Shown: positions 1 to 11,694, numbered from the stretch's first letter. The stretch is 64,000 nt of DNA from an uncultured delta proteobacterium (GCA_963817385.1 CAWFOM010000005.1:96001-160000); one strand, 5' to 3'. Numbers and translations: made by a program. The notes: generated by a model from the sequence alone, not told the origin.

Positions 1-27
1 CAGCCGGGACAAGAGGATCACGTCGCT

Positions 28-1095
28 TCAGCCGGACTGCTTGAGCAGGTCGGTCTGGTAATGGGTCTCCAGGGCGTCGATCATGAAGCGGATCTCTCCG
101 TTGAGAAAATTTTCCAGGCTGTACGAGGTCAGCCCGATTCGATGGTCCGTCACCCTCCCCTGGGGAAAGTTATAGGTGCGTATCCGTTCGCTCCTGTCCC
201 CGCTCCCCACCTGGCTTTTTCTCGTCTCGGATATCTCGGCGTTCTGCTTCTTCACCGCCGCATCGAGCAGTCTGGCCCTGAGGACCTTCATCGCTTTGTT
301 CTTGTTCTTTAGCTGGGATTTTTCATCCTGGCAGGTCACAACGAGTCCCGTCGGCAGGTGGGTGATCCTGACGGCGGAGTCGGTTGTGTTGACGCTCTGG
401 CCGCCGTGACCGGTCGAACGATAAACATCGATCCTGAGGTCGTTGGGATCGATATTGAGCTCCACTTCCTCTACCTCCGGCAGGATTGCTACCGTCACGG
501 CCGAGGTGTGGATCCGCCCCTGGGCCTCCGTGATCGGCACCCGCTGGACGCGGTGGACGCCGCTTTCGTACTTCATCCGGCTGTAGGCGCCCCGTCCGCT
601 GATCAGGGCGATGATCTCCTTGAATCCCCCCATGCCGCCGGCGGGGGTGCTGCTCATCACCTCCACTTTCCAACCGCTGTTCTCCGCGAACCGCGCATAC
701 ATCCGAAAGAGATCCTCGGCGAAGAGGCCCGCTTCATCTCCCCCGGTGCCGGCCCGGATCTCGAGAAAGACGTTCTTCTCGTCGTTCGGATCCCGGGGCA
801 ACAGAAGGACCCTGAGTCGGGCCTCCAGAGCCTCCAGGGCCTCCTTCAACGGGGGCAGCTCTTCCCTGGCCAGTTCCTTCAGATCCTCATCGCTCTCATT
901 CAGGAGGGCCTGATCTTCGTCGATGCGGCGGGAGGTTTTTTCATACTCGCGGAAAGCGTCGACTAGTTGGCTGAGATCGGAATGCTCCTTGGCATACCTC
1001 TGGTAAACCCCCGGCTTGCCGACGATTGCCGGGTCGCTGAGAAGCTGCTCCAGCTCCTGGTATCGCGCTTCTACTTCTTTGAGTCTCGCAAACAT
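28..1095 (-). CDS. prfA: peptide chain release factor 1
   Basis: GGQ motif ([15 protein letters not shown]), RF1-type PxT motif (VPITE), [17 protein letters not shown]. Confidence 0.97.
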   Translation of the reverse strand: MFARLKEVEARYQELEQLLSDPAIVGKPGVYQRYAKEHSDLSQLVDAFREYEKTSRRIDEDQALLNESDEDLKELAREELPPLKEALEALEARLRVLLLPRDPNDEKNVFLEIRAGTGGDEAGLFAEDLFRMYARFAENSGWKVEVMSSTPAGGMGGFKEIIALISGRGAYSRMKYESGVHRVQRVPITEAQGRIHTSAVTVAILPEVEEVELNIDPNDLRIDVYRSTGHGGQSVNTTDSAVRITHLPTGLVVTCQDEKSQLKNKNKAMKVLRARLLDAAVKKQNAEISETRKSQVGSGDRSERIRTYNFPQGRVTDHRIGLTSYSLENFLNGEIRFMIDALETHYQTDLLKQSG

Positions 1096-1333
1096 GAAAC
1101 GTTCCCCTCATCCGCCGGGCGACCGATGCCGGTGGCGCCACCCGGCAGACGCCGACACGACGGGAATGCATGACCGGTCCGAACGCCGGTATGGGTAGTG
1201 ATGTGATGTTCCGAAAAAGATGGTTCCGGCAGCCGCAAGCCCCCGGCGCCATCCCGGAACGTTAGAGGACAGGGCTCCCGCTTCACTGACTAAAGCCGCG
1301 GCAGGAACCCCTGGTGGGAAACACGGATGGGCG

Positions 1334-1558
1334 TTACGCGGATTTCTCCGTCGATTGCTCCTTGCCGGCGTACTTTCTCTTGAATCTCTCCACGCGGCCG
1401 GCGGTATCCATGATCTTCTGCTTCCCCGTCATGAACGGATGGCACTGGGAACAGATTTCGACCTTGATGTCCTGCTTGGTGGATCTCGTTTTAATCACAT
1501 TCCCGCAGACGCAGGTAATGTTCGTTTCCTTATATTCAGGATGAATACCTTCTTTCAT
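1334..1558 (-). CDS. rpmE: 50S ribosomal protein L31 (Zn-ribbon, C+ type)
   Basis: MKEGIHPEY...CVCG...CSQCHPF..GRVERF; rho-rpmE-prfA synteny. Confidence 0.96.
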   Translation of the reverse strand: MKEGIHPEYKETNITCVCGNVIKTRSTKQDIKVEICSQCHPFMTGKQKIMDTAGRVERFKRKYAGKEQSTEKSA

Positions 1559-1729
1559 AACGTGCCCTTCTCCTCTTCAACGTGAATCAATCGCCGCCTT
1601 GTAGAACCTCTCGGGATTCATCTCCTCCCGCCGGTGTAAGCGGTGCCTTATAACCATTTGCCGCGTAAATCAAGCTATTTTTATCCTCGAGGCGGACGCA
1701 GCCGTCCCGGGAAACCCTTCCGGACCTGC

Positions 1730-2986
1730 CTACGAGTTCATCGAATCGAGGAAGAGCTGGTTGTTGTCGGTCTTGCGGATCTTGTCCATGATGAATTCCA
1801 TCGCGTCGACAGGGTTCATCTCCTGGAGGAGTCTCCTCAAGATCCAGATCCGGTTGAGATTGATCTTCGGGATCAGAAGTTCTTCCTTCCTCGTTCCGGA
1901 GCGGATCAGGTCAAAGGCCGGGAAGACCCTCCGATCGGCGATCCGGCGGTCCAGGTGGAGTTCCATGTTGCCCGTCCCCTTGAACTCCTCGAAGATCACC
2001 TCGTCCATACGGCTCCCCGTGTCGATCAGCGCGGTGGAGATGATCGTCAGGCTCCCGCCGTTCTCGATGTTCCGGGCGGCCCCGAAGAACCGCTTCGGTT
2101 TGTGCAGGGCATTGGAATCGACGCCGCCGGACAGAACCTTTCCGGAAGGCGGCACGACCGTGTTGTAGGCCCTGGCCAGACGGGTGATACTGTCGAGGAG
2201 GATGACGACATCCTTCCGGTGCTCGACGAGGCGCTTGGCCTTCTCGATCACCATCTCGGCCACCTGGACATGGCGCGTCGCCGGCTCGTCGAAGGTGGAG
2301 GAGATGACCTCGCCGGCCACGCTCCGTTGCATGTCCGTCACCTCTTCCGGCCTCTCGTCGATCAAAAGCACCATCAGGACGACCTCCTTGTGGTTGGCCG
2401 TGATGCTGTGGGCGATATCCTGCAAAAGTACTGTTTTGCCGGCCCGGGGCGGGGAGACGATAAGTCCCCGCTGCCCCTTGCCGATCGGTGTGAAGAGATC
2501 CATGATCCGCGTGGAAAGATTTTCCGGATTGAATTCGAGGTTCAGCTTCTCCTCGGGGTAGAGGGGGGTCAGGTTGTCGAAGAGGATCTTGTCCCGCGCC
2601 GCCTCGGGAGACTCGAAGTTTACCTCGTCCACCTTCAGGAGGGCGAAATACTTCTCCCCTTCCTTGGGGGGGCGGACCTCGCCGGATACCGTATCGCCCG
2701 TCCTCAGGCTGAAACGGCGGATCTGCGAGGGGGATATGTAGATGTCGTCCGGGCTGGGGAGGTAGTTGTAATCGACCGCGCGGAGAAATCCGAAGCCGTC
2801 CGGGAGGATCTCCAGGACCCCGGAGCCGGAAATGACGCCGTTTTTCTCGGCCTGGGCCTGCAGAATGGAGAAGATCAGGTCCTGTCTCCTCATCCCGCTG
2901 GCGCCGGCAACTTCCAGGTCTTTGGCCAGCTTTGCCAGTTCACTGATCGGCTGCCGCTTGATATCTTCTATGTTCATTAATTGCAT
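1730..2986 (-). CDS. rho: transcription termination factor Rho
   Basis: DGFGFLR, PPRAGKT P-loop, [22 protein letters not shown]. Confidence 0.98.
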   Translation of the reverse strand: MQLMNIEDIKRQPISELAKLAKDLEVAGASGMRRQDLIFSILQAQAEKNGVISGSGVLEILPDGFGFLRAVDYNYLPSPDDIYISPSQIRRFSLRTGDTVSGEVRPPKEGEKYFALLKVDEVNFESPEAARDKILFDNLTPLYPEEKLNLEFNPENLSTRIMDLFTPIGKGQRGLIVSPPRAGKTVLLQDIAHSITANHKEVVLMVLLIDERPEEVTDMQRSVAGEVISSTFDEPATRHVQVAEMVIEKAKRLVEHRKDVVILLDSITRLARAYNTVVPPSGKVLSGGVDSNALHKPKRFFGAARNIENGGSLTIISTALIDTGSRMDEVIFEEFKGTGNMELHLDRRIADRRVFPAFDLIRSGTRKEELLIPKINLNRIWILRRLLQEMNPVDAMEFIMDKIRKTDNNQLFLDSMNS

Positions 2987-3232
2987 CCTTAGTTATGGTT
3001 CGCGTTTTCGCGGATACGACGCATCCGCCACGTATAAAAAAGCCGCTCCCGCTTTCAGCTCGCCTGACCCATCAATAATGACTGCAGATTTTATGGTATA
3101 CCGACTTATAAAAGAGGATCACGGATTTTTTTTGGGTTGCTAATTTGATCTCTGGAATCAATCCAAACGGAAGGACTTAGCACGCACCTTTCTACGTTTT
3201 AATTTTCCTCTATACCAAACAGATCCTCGCTG

Positions 3233-4051
3233 TCAAGCATTTTTTACGGGGCCGCCATCCCTGAGCATCAAGAAGTTGATCTGTCTGCCGGTACGGCCCC
3301 CGCTTGCGCGGTGCGAAAAGAAGAGTTCCTGCCGGCAAGCCGTACAGAGACCGGCCGAGAGGATATTTCCCTCCGGTACCCCCTGCTCTCTGATCTGAAG
3401 GCGGTTGGCGAAAGCCAGATCGAGCATCCACCGGTCACTCTCCCGGCAGGGCCGGAGAAAACTGCCGGTATCGGTCCGGGATGTGAAGGCGGCGTGGACC
3501 GGAGTATCGACCTGGTAGCAGCAGGGACCGACGGCCGGCCCCATGGCGACCAGGATGTCCGAAACCCGTGAGGAGAACCGTTCGACAAAGGCGCCGACCA
3601 TCCGTGAAGCCATGCCGAGGGCGGTGCCCCGCCAGCCTGCATGGGCGACGCCGATCACCCGGCGGACGCGGTCCACGAAGAGCAGCGGCACGCAATCCGC
3701 CGTCCTGATCGCAAGGGCCATCCCCGGTCGGGCGGTGATCAGACCGTCGCATTCGGGTATGCATTCGGGAGGAGGTTCGTCCCCATCGATTACGCAGATC
3801 CTGTCGCTGTGGACTTGCCCCATCAGGACCAATCGGTCCCGGGGGATCGCGAACGCCTTGCCGACGATGGCGAGGTTCCGACGGACATCCCCCTCCCGGT
3901 CGCCCGCGAGAAAACCGGCGTTGAGACTGGAAAAAGGTCCCTCGCTCACCCCGCCGTGACGGGTGCAGAAAGCGTGGACGACAAACCCCAGCGCCGAGAA
4001 CTCTTCGGCTTCCAGATATTCGATCGCATCATGGTTGACGAAATGGAACAC
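3233..4051 (-). CDS. pgeF: peptidoglycan editing factor PgeF (YfiH/laccase-like)
   Basis: TRHGGVS, QVH, TADCVP, HAGWRG, FFSHR motifs; next to rluD as usual. Confidence 0.92.
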   Translation of the reverse strand: MFHFVNHDAIEYLEAEEFSALGFVVHAFCTRHGGVSEGPFSSLNAGFLAGDREGDVRRNLAIVGKAFAIPRDRLVLMGQVHSDRICVIDGDEPPPECIPECDGLITARPGMALAIRTADCVPLLFVDRVRRVIGVAHAGWRGTALGMASRMVGAFVERFSSRVSDILVAMGPAVGPCCYQVDTPVHAAFTSRTDTGSFLRPCRESDRWMLDLAFANRLQIREQGVPEGNILSAGLCTACRQELFFSHRASGGRTGRQINFLMLRDGGPVKNA

Positions 4052-4082
4052 TGCTTACCATCCACCCTTTCCACACTGCCGC

Positions 4083-5099
4083 TTACTGAGTACCGCGTTC
4101 CCTGAGAAATGAGCAGAGCGTGGCGATATCCTCCGGCAGGGGAGAGGAAAACCGCATCGCCTCCCCCGTCACCGGATGGGTAAAGGAGAGCCGCCATGCA
4201 TGCAGCGCCGGGCGGTCCATCGCCTTCACTCTCGCCCGTACGGCGGTATCCCCGATGTTCTTGACCCTCCCGATGCCGCCGTAGACTGTATCCCCCACGA
4301 CGGGATGACCGAGCTCCGTCAGGTGAACCCGGATCTGGTGCGTCCGGCCCGTTTCGATATCCACCTCCATGAGAGCGACGCAACCGAACCGCTCCCGGAC
4401 GCGCCAGACGGTGATCGCGTCTCTGCCCCGCCGGCTCTGCGTCGACATCCGTTTGCGGTCAGTCGGGTGCCTCCCCACGGCCGCCTCGATCCTGCCTCCA
4501 TCCGTCTGCGGATCGCCGTAGACGAGGGCCTGGTAGGTTTTTTTCACCTCATGGCGCTTGAACTGTCCGGCCAGCCCCCAGTGGGCTACATCGGATTTCG
4601 CTACCACGAGAAGACCGGAGGTCCCCTTGTCGAGACGGTGGATGATCCCGGGGCGCAGGACGCCGCCGACCCCCGAGAGGTCGCGGCAATGGTGGAGCAG
4701 CGCGTTGACCAGCGTCCCGCCCGGATGGCCGGCCGCCGGATGGACAACCATCCCTGCCGGCTTGTCGACAACCAGCAGGGAGGCGTCCTCGTAGAGGATC
4801 GTCAGGGGGATCGCCTCGGGCGCGACCCCGGAGGGTCGCGCCTCCGGGATGCGGATGGCGATGGTATCGGACGCCTTCACCTTACGTCCGGCCTTGGCCG
4901 GCCGGTCGTTCACCAGGACCCTCCCCTCCGCAACAGCCCTCTGGATCTGGGCGCGGGAGAGGCCCGGCTCCTTGCCGGCGAGGTAGCAATCGAGGCGGAG
5001 GCCCCCCTCTCCCGGTGGAACCGTGAAGCGGTGCTGCCTCTCGCCGCCGGTATCCTCGCTAATCGGGCGCGGATCGGAATTATCCGCAAAAAGCATCAT
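4083..5099 (-). CDS. rluD: RluA-family 23S rRNA pseudouridine synthase (RluD-like)
   Basis: N-terminal S4 domain, DKPAGMVVHP, HRLDKGTSG, GRTHQIRVH. Confidence 0.9.
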   Translation of the reverse strand: MMLFADNSDPRPISEDTGGERQHRFTVPPGEGGLRLDCYLAGKEPGLSRAQIQRAVAEGRVLVNDRPAKAGRKVKASDTIAIRIPEARPSGVAPEAIPLTILYEDASLLVVDKPAGMVVHPAAGHPGGTLVNALLHHCRDLSGVGGVLRPGIIHRLDKGTSGLLVVAKSDVAHWGLAGQFKRHEVKKTYQALVYGDPQTDGGRIEAAVGRHPTDRKRMSTQSRRGRDAITVWRVRERFGCVALMEVDIETGRTHQIRVHLTELGHPVVGDTVYGGIGRVKNIGDTAVRARVKAMDRPALHAWRLSFTHPVTGEAMRFSSPLPEDIATLCSFLRERGTQ

Positions 5100-6538
5100 C
5101 GCCCCACTCCATCCGTCATGGCGGTCTTCATGGCGTCGCGGATCGTGGGCAACTCATCCGCATCGACCGTCCGCAAGTCAAACAGGACCCGGTCGTCGGC
5201 GACCCGGACGATGACCGGCTCCTCTCCCCGCCGGAGGCGTTCCTCGATGGCCGCCGCAGAGAAGGACGCCGCGCGGATGCCGATCAGGACCGTCGGGATC
5301 TCCCGGGTGGGGAGCGATCCTCCGCCGGCCATCGACACCCCATCCATTAGCGTGACGCTCACCCCTTCCGGCAGTGCGCGACGCAGGAGGGCAGCCAGTC
5401 GTTTCGCGCGTTTCCTCACGGCCTCCAGAGGCTCGGTCAGGGCCCTGAGGACGCGGATGTCGGCGAGGGCCTCGGCGGGCCGGAGGTACTTCACCATCGT
5501 CGCCTCCAGGGCGGCAAGCGTCAGCTTGTCGATCCGGAGCGCCCGGTTGAGGGGGTTTCGCCGTATCCGCTCCAGGATCTCGCGTTTTCCCAGGATGATC
5601 CCCGCCTGGGGCCCGCCCAGAAGCTTGTCGCCGCTGAAGGTGACCACATCCACCCCCGTGGCGATGCAGTCGCGGACGGTAGGTTCCCGCTCCAGACCGT
5701 AGCGGTCAAGCTCGATGAAGCAGCCACTCCCCAGATCGTCCATGACGGGGAGTCCGTGTCGCTTCCCGATCTCTACGAGCGAGGAGAGCTCCGCCTCCTC
5801 GGTAAAGCCCATGATCCGGAAATTGCTCGTATGCACCTTGAGGATGATCCCCGTTTCCGGACCGATCGCCTCTTCATAGTCGGCAAGCCGCGTCCGGTTG
5901 GTCGTCCCCACCTCCTTGAGACGGGCGCCGCTCTTTGCCATGACCTCGGGAATGCGGAACTCCCCGCCGATCTCGATGAGCTCCCCCCGAGAGACGATCG
6001 CCTCCTTCCCCTCGGCCAGGCTGTTCAGGACCAGAAGGACTGCCGCGGCGTTATTGTTGACTACCAGGGCGTCCTCGGCCCCCGCGAGGGCGCAGAGGAG
6101 CCGCCGGACGTGGTCGTAGCGGAGCCCCCGCTCCCCCTTCTCCAGGTCATACTCCAGGTTGGAGTATCCCCGGGCGACCTCGACGATCCGCTCCAGGGCC
6201 TCCCGGCAGAGCGGTGCGCGGCCGAGGTTGGTGTGGAGGATGACCCCCGTGGCGTTGATCACCCGTCGGAGGCGGTACGTACGGAATCCCTCGAGGACCT
6301 GCGCCGCCTGTGCCGCCGCCACTTCCTTCGTCGGCAGGCGGAGGCTTGTCTCGGCCCCTTTCTCCTGGAGGATCCGTTCCCGGAGCCCCTCCACGACCGA
6401 CCGGCATGCCTCCTTCACCAGCTCCCGCGGGACCCCGGCAAACCGCTCGCCTTTCTCCAAGAGAAGCATCATCTCATCGATCTTTGGCAGATTCCTCAGC
6501 AGTTCCTTTTTGTGATCGTCCATATCCTTAGCACCCAT
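5096..6538 (-). CDS. selA: L-seryl-tRNA(Sec) selenium transferase
   Basis: INATGVILHTNLGRA, EIGGEFRIP, FSGDKLLGGPQAG (PLP lysine); stop overlaps rluD start (ATGA); true start may be the MDDHKK ATG. Confidence 0.96.
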   Translation of the reverse strand: MGAKDMDDHKKELLRNLPKIDEMMLLLEKGERFAGVPRELVKEACRSVVEGLRERILQEKGAETSLRLPTKEVAAAQAAQVLEGFRTYRLRRVINATGVILHTNLGRAPLCREALERIVEVARGYSNLEYDLEKGERGLRYDHVRRLLCALAGAEDALVVNNNAAAVLLVLNSLAEGKEAIVSRGELIEIGGEFRIPEVMAKSGARLKEVGTTNRTRLADYEEAIGPETGIILKVHTSNFRIMGFTEEAELSSLVEIGKRHGLPVMDDLGSGCFIELDRYGLEREPTVRDCIATGVDVVTFSGDKLLGGPQAGIILGKREILERIRRNPLNRALRIDKLTLAALEATMVKYLRPAEALADIRVLRALTEPLEAVRKRAKRLAALLRRALPEGVSVTLMDGVSMAGGGSLPTREIPTVLIGIRAASFSAAAIEERLRRGEEPVIVRVADDRVLFDLRTVDADELPTIRDAMKTAMTDGVGR

Positions 6539-7181
6539 GGTTCACGTTTCAGTCTTCAGAAAACACCTTTCTGCCACTTTAAATTATTGCATCGGAAATC
6601 AAGCGCGATTACGCGTTAATTCGTCATCGGGAAGATACACAACATACCCGTTTGAATTATCGACGCAGTTTTTTAGTTGCGCCTTCTATTGTTCCGAGCA
6701 AGATAAAGCATGTAATTTCGGTCTACAAGCCAAACGCACACAACAATCCACTCACTTTGAACCCGTTAGTGATGCAGTCAATCTTTCAGAACAAATTCCA
6801 ATAATAGATTCCCAAGTTCCGTAATATGATATTCATTGCTTTCGAAGTAATTCTGTCTCGGGATTATTGGTGTCTAGAATAAGTTTTAAAGCGTCGTAGT
6901 CAAAATTCATTCAGAAGAACGTGTCATTATAGGCGATGCGCCAGCACGAAGAGCAGGTAATTCTTGTCCTTTATCCTGGAATACAAATAGCCGCTGCGGT
7001 AGTCGTTTCGTCTATTTCTGTGCGCTGCTGTTTTGAAAGTACGAAAATGCCAAATCCAATATAAAATATTGTTTCTCTATTATTTACTTTTCTTAAAAAT
7101 GGCTTCGCGCCCTAATTTTTCAGAAACGGTTCTGACAACTTCATTTACTATATTTTGCGATTCAATCATTTTCTAATTCGC

Positions 7182-7268
7182 TCATAATGGAGGAGTGTGC
7201 AGCAGGCAGCGCGATGGCTGAGTGCAGCACCGCGCTTCTCACCCGTCTGGGCCATTAGCGGGTTGGGC
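7182..7268 (-). other. degenerate attC-like recombination site
   Basis: Minus strand GCCCAAC...ATTATGA; internal hairpin agcgcggt-gctg-cact-cagc-c-atcgcgct; outer pairing cagacgggt/gcctgctg with a bulge; an ATG follows closely. Confidence 0.55.
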
Positions 7269-8828
7269 GACCCCCCTGCAATGCCTCATACTTTGAATTC
7301 CGAAGACCGCCTCCGGCAGGACAATGCCGAGTCGCCCACCCGGCTTGAGCAGTTGCAGGCACCGTTCAAGGAACAGGATTTGAGGAGGCTGATCGTCGTG
7401 TAGTGTGGTCGTTTTCTCAACGGATTTCGTTTCCTTGTTCCGTGTCCACTTGTAGCCCAAATCGAACTGTGACAGGATCGGTTCGCCCTTGACCACGATC
7501 TTCTTACCGAAGGGAGGATTCGTGAGTACCACGTCGAACCCACCCCGCTTGATCTTCTGCTGCATCACCTCTGACCAAGTCGTCATCCGCTCCAAAGTGT
7601 TCTCGCAGAACACCCCGCCGCGACCGTCGCCGATGAGGGCCATGTACGCCTTGCAGACTTTTGCCAAGAACTGATCCTTGTCGATGCCCCGGAAGCAATC
7701 AGTGGCCATTTCGAACTCGCGCCTGGCCAAAAGACGCTCGGACCACCCCTTGCGCTTGGCCTCCTCGCGCAGCTGCCCCCACACGTGAGCCAGCGCCGTA
7801 ATCAGAAAACCTCCCGAGCCGCACGCCGGATCAATGATGCGCTCGCCCGGCTTGGGGTTCACGATCTTGACCATCATTTCGACCACATTGCGCGGCGTAA
7901 AAAACTGTCCCTCCGATCCGCGCAGAGCCGGACCGATAAACACCTCGAAGGCGTCGCCGATGGCGTCGCGGTCGGCCTCCATGATGGCATAGTTTTGGAG
8001 CTCTCCGACGACATAGGTGAGGCTGTCCGAGTCGAGCTTGATGGTGTCGCTGGCATCGAATACATCGCCGTAAGCAGCGTCTTTCACCCGCTCGAAGATG
8101 GCCTTTATACGCTTCTGGATTTCTGTTGGCGATTCGTTTACACCGGCTCGAAAAGAAACCATGTTATCGGGGTCCGTCTCTTGCTCGTCAAGGATCTTGC
8201 AGAACAGAATGTTGATGATTTCCTGGGCAAGCGCCTCGTCCCGCGTGATGCCGGTGGTCATTCCGGCCAGATGGTTTCGAAGATCGCGGAATACGGCCTT
8301 GAGGTTGGATGGTTTCTTGAGATCCTTTCGTTTGTAGAGGCCGATGTCCTCGATCCGTTGGCCTTCGCGGGGAATGTTGGGTAACGGCTCGTAGGTACGC
8401 TTACCGTCTTTATGGTGGACCTTATGAAGATAGATGTGTTCATCGCCGTTGAACCACACGCCCACCTCGGCGGCGGACATGTCCATGTAGAGCCGCAGTT
8501 GGTGCTCGCCAGCTTTCCGCTCCTTCTTTTTGCACTCCACCACCATGAACAACTCGTCCTCGGTTTTCTTAGACGAATTGAAGACCGCGATATCGACGGG
8601 GTACGACTTTTCCTCGTCCGACGGGCGGATGCGGACCCGGTATTGGGGGCGGGTTTGAATCTGGCTTTTTGCATACCCATAGTCTTCTACCAAGCGACGG
8701 GCGAAGATCTGCACTGCGCCCACTTCTTCCGGGCCGGCTTTTACCCAGTGCCCAGAGACAAAATCCTGGATCTGTCCTTCTCGCTCTTCAACTTCTTCCA
8801 CCTTCTCAAGCGGTTTCACATGCGTCAT
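7239..8828 (-). pseudogene. restriction-modification fusion (HsdR_N-like PD-(D/E)xK domain + N6-adenine methyltransferase), C-terminally truncated
   Basis: PEE...VDIAVF...VECKK nuclease-like N-terminus; GQFFTP, DPACGSGGF (motif I), NPPF (motif IV); similarity appears to end just after GIVLPE; no specificity subunit downstream. Confidence 0.8.
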
Positions 8829-9373
8829 GATCTCTTCCTCGCATCGAGTTCTTTTGCGTACTGGTCGATCAGCCCCGCATCCGCGAAGCTGAATTTGTCA
8901 TTGTCACCGATGATAATGTGGTCGTGTACTTTCATGCCGATGAGCAGGCAAGCAAGAACAAGATCCCTCGTAATGCTCTTGTCATCCTCGCTGGGCTTTG
9001 CCATACCCGACGGATGGTTATGAACAAAGACGAGGGCGGCAGCGGAGTATCGGAGCGCTATCTTGACGACTTCTCGCGGATAAACCCTGGCAGCCGTCAA
9101 CGATCCCTTAGCAACCTCCAAGATATTCAAGACATGGTTTTGCCCAGTCAATAAGATGACCTTGAAGACCTCCTGATCCAGGTCTCGCATCTCGTGAGAG
9201 AGGAGTTTCATAATGTCGTCCGAAGACTCGACATAGGGTCGATTATGGAAACCCTCAGCAAGGTAACGCTTGCTCATCTCAATGACCGCTTTGAACTGAG
9301 CGATCTTCGCGCATACTTTTGAAAATTCGTCAATTACCGCTTTCACGAAGTACGCGAGAACCGGATGAAGCAT
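8825..9373 (-). CDS. radC: RadC/JAB-domain protein, probably N-terminally truncated
   Basis: QEVF, VYPREVV, HNHPSG..PS..D, DHIIIG; keeps only the tail of the HhH region (AKIAQFKAVIEMSKR); start uncertain. Confidence 0.8.
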   Translation of the reverse strand: MLHPVLAYFVKAVIDEFSKVCAKIAQFKAVIEMSKRYLAEGFHNRPYVESSDDIMKLLSHEMRDLDQEVFKVILLTGQNHVLNILEVAKGSLTAARVYPREVVKIALRYSAAALVFVHNHPSGMAKPSEDDKSITRDLVLACLLIGMKVHDHIIIGDNDKFSFADAGLIDQYAKELDARKRS

Positions 9374-9463
9374 AAATCATCTGCTGCAGAACGAGCACCT
9401 GTTTTTCGATGGAGTTAATTCGACTGGGTCCTGACTGGCCCCTCAACTTACTCAGCGACATGT

Positions 9464-10712
9464 TCACGGGAGCAACTGCCCCCGGCAGTAGTCCCGGAAG
9501 TTGTTGACCGCCGTGAAGAACTCCCGCATCAGGACCACCCAGGCATACCGGCCCCGCCGCGTCAGGGTGATGTTGGGCGGATGCCAGGCGAGCGCCCCGA
9601 TCAGGGCGAAGGCGAGCAGGTCCGGCCAGAGGAGGCTCGAGGAACGCCCCGCCGTACTTCTTCCGCAGCTCCGCCGCATTGAGGGTGGTCCCGAAGAGTT
9701 TCATGAGGAAATCGTAACGGATCCGGTCCCGGACGGAAAAGACGCGGGAAGCCGCGAGCGGCAGCTCGCCCCGGTCGACCTGGGCGATGTAGCCGCGGAT
9801 ATCGAAGGTGTTGGCGTAGCAGGTGCCGTTCAGGTAGCCGATCGAACCGCTGCCGAGCCCCGCATACTCGTCGTAATCGACGATGTACTCATCGATCATC
9901 GCCTTCTGCCGCGAGAAGCACCAGGCCGACGAAAACCGGTACGCCGGGACGAGGCGCCGGACGATCTGATGGTAGAGACGCTCCTCCTGCCCGCGGTCCA
10001 TGCGCCCGAGCGTCTCCGTAACCTTCTTGCGGGTCGAATCGGAGACCATCAGGGGGTAGAAGGTCACCTGATCGATGCCGATCGCGAGGAGGGTTTCCAG
10101 ATCCCGATCGAGCATGGCCGGGGTCTGGGTCGGGAAATTGAAGATCATGTCGGCGTTGAGCGTCCCGAAGCGCCCGAGGGTCTGACGGAGCTTCTCGGCG
10201 ATCGCCTCGCCGCTCCCGTACTTGTCATAGCGGTCCATCTTTTGGAGCAGACCGTCATCGAAGCTCTGTACGCCGACGGAGAGCCGGTTGACTCCCATCC
10301 GCTCAAGGACCGCCAGGCGCTCCTCGGTCAGGTGGTTCGGGTTGGTTTCGACCGACAGCTCCCGGATGTGAAACGAGCTGCGCGCCAGGGCGATCGTCTC
10401 CTCCAGCTCGTCGACCAGGACCGTCGGCGTGCCGCCCCCCGCATAGATCGCCCCGAAGTCATATCCCTTTTCCCGGTAGAGGATGAGCTCCTTGCGAAGC
10501 GCCCGGAAATAGGCACGGCAGAGCTCTTCCGCAAATGTCACGCGGTTGAAGGAGCAGTAGGGGCAGAGCCGTTCGCAAAACGGGATATGGAGATAGAGGA
10601 GCCGGGGCCGCGGATCGCCCGGAGGAGGCAGATGGGGCGGCCCCTCGCCCTCGAACCGCATCGCCCGGGAGAATTCGCGTCCGGCCTTCCGTGCAATGAT
10701 GGAATAGATCAA
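9464..10712 (-). CDS. HemN-like radical SAM protein (coproporphyrinogen III oxidase family), frameshifted near 9640
   Basis: LYLHIPFCERLCPYCSF, GGGTPT, RLSVGVQSF; family-like C-terminus (MREFFTAVNNFRDYCR) is in another frame ending at 9464; TTG start after GGGAG inferred. Confidence 0.8.
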
Positions 10713-10944
10713 TGGGAACTCCCGCCTAAAAAAAGTCGGCAAACCGTTTGCCGATCGTCCGCATGAGCGGCTGTAAGCAGGGTGAAAATTACCAGACATC
10801 TCCGGATTCTGCAAGGAAGGAAATGGCAGGAGGGAAATGGCGAACTCCTTGAAATACCTCTCCGATGGTGTTATAGGAGAACCGATAGATCGGTCCGGGC
10901 GGGACGATCAAAGCCGTTTGCCGGCATACAACGGAAGGGATTTG

Positions 10945-11508
10945 ATGATGTCCAGGAAAATATTGACTCTCTGGGACGGGGAGGAGATCAACGAGGCGGA
11001 TACCCGGATCCTCCGGACCCCCTCCAAGGAGGCGCCGTGCCCGTTCGATAAGGCCACGAAGGAGGCCATCCGGGCGCTGGAGGAGGCCTTTCTGGAGCGG
11101 GAGGAGGCGGTGGGGCTCGCCGCCCCGCAGATCGGCATCGGCAAGCGGATCATCGCCTTTAGGACCCGGGGATTCGACGAAAAGGACACCGATCGCAAGA
11201 AAGAGGATTGTGAGCTTCTCGTCAACCCCCGGATCACCCAGAGGCGGGGGGAGTTGGTCGTCGCGGAAGAGGGGTGCCTCTCCTGCCCGGAGATCCGCGT
11301 AGAGATCGAGCGGTATCCGGAGATCAAGGTCCGCGCCTATGATCAGGAAGGTCGGAAGGTGAGCAAACGCTACCTTGATTTCGCCGCCCGTGTCGTTCAG
11401 CATGAGTTGGACCACTTGGAAGGGAAGCTGATCGTGGACTATGACGGATCGGCCGTCATCCCGAAAAAACGGCAGGATTTCTTCGAAAGATTCTTTCAGG
11501 ACAAATAA
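10945..11508 (+). CDS. def: peptide deformylase
   Basis: AVGLAAPQIG, EGCLS, QHELDHL. Confidence 0.93.
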   Translation: MMSRKILTLWDGEEINEADTRILRTPSKEAPCPFDKATKEAIRALEEAFLEREEAVGLAAPQIGIGKRIIAFRTRGFDEKDTDRKKEDCELLVNPRITQRRGELVVAEEGCLSCPEIRVEIERYPEIKVRAYDQEGRKVSKRYLDFAARVVQHELDHLEGKLIVDYDGSAVIPKKRQDFFERFFQDK

Positions 11509-11694
11509 CGGGGGAGTTCCTCGGACCTCTGTGCTACGGGACCTTTTCGGCGCTCCCGGGCGTCGAAGACCTTCGCGGTCCGGGCAGGTGAAGTCCGACG
11601 TTTGCGACCCCGTAACGCGCAACAGATCTCCAAAGATAGGGGGGACATTGCGGTCATCGGAATCCGGATGGTTTCGTGCCCGGAAGGAGACGAT

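Noticed and set aside
1643..2980. Long antisense or alternate-frame ORFs (also 4176..5702, 9501..10766, 45921..47774, 46187..48169, 54739..56208)
   Set aside because: Shadow ORFs of GC-rich genes; no recognisable motifs.
9330..9463. C-terminal extension of the 494-aa HemN-like ORF overlapping radC
   Set aside because: Artefact of the frameshift near 9640; the family-like C-terminus ends at 9464.
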